Below are positions 61,745 to 64,000 of a DNA stretch of 64,000 bases, piece after piece (position 1 is the first letter of the stretch; the number at the start of each line of letters is the position of its first letter). The DNA is taken from contig JBFWNU010000005.1 in the NCBI GenBank assembly GCA_050250895.1, positions 384,001-448,000 on the forward strand, given 5' to 3'. Position numbers and translations under genes: made by a program. Below the pieces are notes generated by a model. It was not told the origin of the DNA, made no database searches, and saw only the letters and a program-made list of their open reading frames with translations. The DNA comes from Vulcanimicrobiota bacterium. GTDB taxonomy: Bacteria; Vulcanimicrobiota; Xenobia; Xenobiales; JADMJV01.

Positions 61745-61927
61745 CGCTTGGCCACTGCCGGCGAGACTTGGCGAGAGTTTGGAATTCTCCCGGGCCAGTT
61801 CACAGAATCGTTACATCGCTTTACATAGAGGTAAAAAACCGACCGACTTCTTTACATCCCGACCCTGCCCTGGTCGCTGTTGCGAATCCATAATATTTGC
61901 AAGTACCAACCGAAAGGGGACAATCAA

Positions 61928-62296
61928 ATGGCACTACCTCTCATTGGCGGTGCGATCATCGGGACCATTCTGGGAGCTATCCTCGGCAACCGGTCCAATC
62001 GCTGCCAACAGCAATGTCAGAACCACGGCAACTTTCCTCACTGCGGCGGAAACCGCGGGGGGTGCTGCAATAACGACTTCCGCAAAGGCTGCGTCGACGG
62101 CCGGCAAGAACGCGAGATCCAGAGTCTTCGCAACGAAGTGCGCCAGCTCAAGCAGATGCTCGGCTTCGGCGGCGGCTGCGGTGATCCGTACAGCCAGGGC
62201 TTTCAGCAGGGCTTCGGCGGCTGCTGCGGAGGCGGCGTGGGATGCGGTAGCTTCCTCAACGTTCGCTTCGCTGTGGCCGGGCTTCCGCCGTTCTAG
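61928..62296 (+). CDS. small Gly/Cys-rich protein with N-terminal glycine-zipper helix
   Basis: AAAGGGGA RBS, ATG 61928, IGGAIIGTILGAILG, own terminator. Confidence 0.75.
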   Translation: MALPLIGGAIIGTILGAILGNRSNRCQQQCQNHGNFPHCGGNRGGCCNNDFRKGCVDGRQEREIQSLRNEVRQLKQMLGFGGGCGDPYSQGFQQGFGGCCGGGVGCGSFLNVRFAVAGLPPF

Positions 62297-62313
62297 GCGA
62301 GCAGGACTGCAAG

Positions 62314-62346
62314 AAAGAGGCCGGCTGCGGTCGGCCTTTTTTTATT
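62314..62346 (+). terminator. rho-independent terminator
   Basis: aggccggc-tgcg-gtcggcct stem followed by a T-tract. Confidence 0.85.
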
Positions 62347-62397
62347 CCCGAAGGAAGACCGCGATGGCTCAAGGAAATTCCGCATCAGGAGGCGAGC

Positions 62398-63429
62398 ATG
62401 ATCCCAGAGGGCATGGATACGGGTAGCGTTCTCGACGCTTTGATGTCGTCGGACTTTGCCGAGGATGAAGGTTGGGCCGACGAGGTCGAAAAGAACAAAA
62501 GTCAGCTAGTCGAGATTCCTGAGCCAGACGAAGACGGCGACTTTGACACCCCAGCCGCCCGTGCCATTCATGGGGTGCTTGACATGTTCGCCGAAGAGAA
62601 GGTGGAGCAAGAACAGGTTCTCGACCTGTTCAACCAGGTCGAGGCGGCTCTGCGAACCCAGATTTCATTCATCGAGCACCTGGTGGCCGAGGGCGAGGCG
62701 GATCCGACCAACCCCGTGCATCAGTGGATCGACAAGGGCTTTCGCAAACAGCTCGAGGCGCTCGACTACATGCGAGGCTTCTTCGATGATGACGATGACG
62801 AACGTATCGAAGACGGGGCGGCCATGTTTCAAGAGGGCACCAATCAGATGATGATGGGCTACGCTGAATTTCAGCGGATGCGGCTCGAGGCGATGCAGTT
62901 CCAGTGCCCCCATTGCGGTGCCAAGAACTTGAAAGGTTCGCCCAAGTGCGGCAATTGCGCCCAAAAGCTGCCCCACGAGGTGATCGAGACCGAGTTGCTG
63001 GCGACGGTGGGTGACGGCGGGGCAAGACAAGAAGCCACGACCCCGAATCTCGATGCCGTCAGGCAGGCGCTCGACAACTGGCGCGGCGGCCACCTTACCG
63101 GAGAAGAGCTCCGCAACGAGTTTGATCAGGTGAGTGCCCGCTTTGAAGCCCACAAAGCCGACCTGGCTCGCGAAAAGGCGGGGTTGTCCGAACTCAGCGA
63201 GCAAGAGCGCCAGATCATGACGACTCTGCTGGCCAACATGGAGCAGGCGCTCGATGACAGTCTCGAAGCCATGGATATGATGACCATGTTCTTCGCCACG
63301 GAAGACCCGTCGCATCTCGACCGGGGATTTGACCGCCTCAGCGAGGCGACGGGTCGGGTGATCGAAGCCTACGAGGGCTTCCAGAAAGTCACCCGCAAAG
63401 CCGAACAGGATACCGGACGGAAGTTCTAG
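62398..63429 (+). CDS. acidic helical protein with internal duplication around a zinc ribbon
   Basis: GGAGG RBS; CPHC...CGNC; two LEA.D.M..FF...G.....E.T......Y..FQ repeats. Confidence 0.8.
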   Translation: MIPEGMDTGSVLDALMSSDFAEDEGWADEVEKNKSQLVEIPEPDEDGDFDTPAARAIHGVLDMFAEEKVEQEQVLDLFNQVEAALRTQISFIEHLVAEGEADPTNPVHQWIDKGFRKQLEALDYMRGFFDDDDDERIEDGAAMFQEGTNQMMMGYAEFQRMRLEAMQFQCPHCGAKNLKGSPKCGNCAQKLPHEVIETELLATVGDGGARQEATTPNLDAVRQALDNWRGGHLTGEELRNEFDQVSARFEAHKADLAREKAGLSELSEQERQIMTTLLANMEQALDDSLEAMDMMTMFFATEDPSHLDRGFDRLSEATGRVIEAYEGFQKVTRKAEQDTGRKF

Positions 63430-63860
63430 TCTTTGACGTCGACAGTGCGGCCGTTGATGTTGAGCTTGTAGTTCGGAGCCGGTGAAGTCTTGGTTTGTTT
63501 GAGTTTGCCGAAGGTCACCTCGGCTGGCTTATACATCTGAAACTCTTGTCCGAGGCGAACTCGGTCGCGCTCGTTGAAGACGCCGTTAACGGTGTAGCCG
63601 TAATAGATGCTATCGTTCACGCTGCGGCGGAACCACTGGGCTTCGGTCGAATCCATGAAGGTGAATTCGGCGCCCTCGACATCCTCTTTTTCTTTTTCTT
63701 CCTGGGTTTGCTCACGGTTCTTGTCGCGTTTTCTTGATTGGGCCAAAGACGGAGTCAAGGTCGTCCCCACCAATACGACGCTCAAGATACCCATACACAA
63801 ACAGCGCACAACGTTCATGGCAAAATCCTCCGCTGGCTTCTTCTCTTCGGGGAGGGTCAC
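63426..63860 (-). CDS. hypothetical exported protein
   Basis: AAAGGAG RBS, hydrophobic signal-like segment ending SLA-Q. Confidence 0.65.
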   Translation of the reverse strand: MTLPEEKKPAEDFAMNVVRCLCMGILSVVLVGTTLTPSLAQSRKRDKNREQTQEEKEKEDVEGAEFTFMDSTEAQWFRRSVNDSIYYGYTVNGVFNERDRVRLGQEFQMYKPAEVTFGKLKQTKTSPAPNYKLNINGRTVDVKD

Positions 63861-64000
63861 TCCTTTCGTTGTGTCTTTAAGCTTTGCGCGTGGTTGAGCA
63901 ATTGGGCCAAGGTTTGACCTTGCTCGACGGCATCGGCCAGAGCGTTGTGAGGATTTGGGTTCTTGCCGGCCTCGATACCGGCTTTCTTCATCTGGTTTCG

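Noticed and set aside
61140-61803. Repeat-encoded minus-strand ORFs
   Set aside because: A 38-bp period is not a multiple of 3, so the peptides cycle through frames; they are artefacts.

Overview
High-GC bacterial chromosomal window with about 50 genes. The gene order rpsF-ssb-rplI-lonC-dnaB is Firmicutes-like, so a Terrabacteria lineage such as Eremiobacterota/Vulcanimicrobiota is plausible, but this is inference. Housekeeping genes are mfd, pncB, rpsF, ssb, rplI, lonC and dnaB; rpsR is missing from its usual slot. Signalling genes are dense (histidine kinases, a PP2C phosphatase, GGDEF/HD-GYP proteins, a Ser/Thr kinase), and there is a type IV minor-pilin/PilC operon. Best candidate for an undescribed system: an AT-richer two-gene cassette (18996-21439). 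It encodes an ABC/AAA_21-DUF3696-type ATPase coupled to a 300-aa protein whose C-terminus resembles Ntox17-like RNase toxin domains, and it is bracketed by 33-bp imperfect inverted repeats. This is a putative mobile abortive-infection defence module next to NYN and Pnkp RNA-processing genes. Other notable items: a Macro + degenerate HD-GYP fusion that shares an unknown domain with a nearby paralog; a ~187-bp palindrome-rich REP/BIME-like array; a 38-bp tandem array; and several proteins with low-complexity leaders ending in a D-x-V-x-L-S-like motif. All family assignments come from motif recognition by eye; no searches were run.
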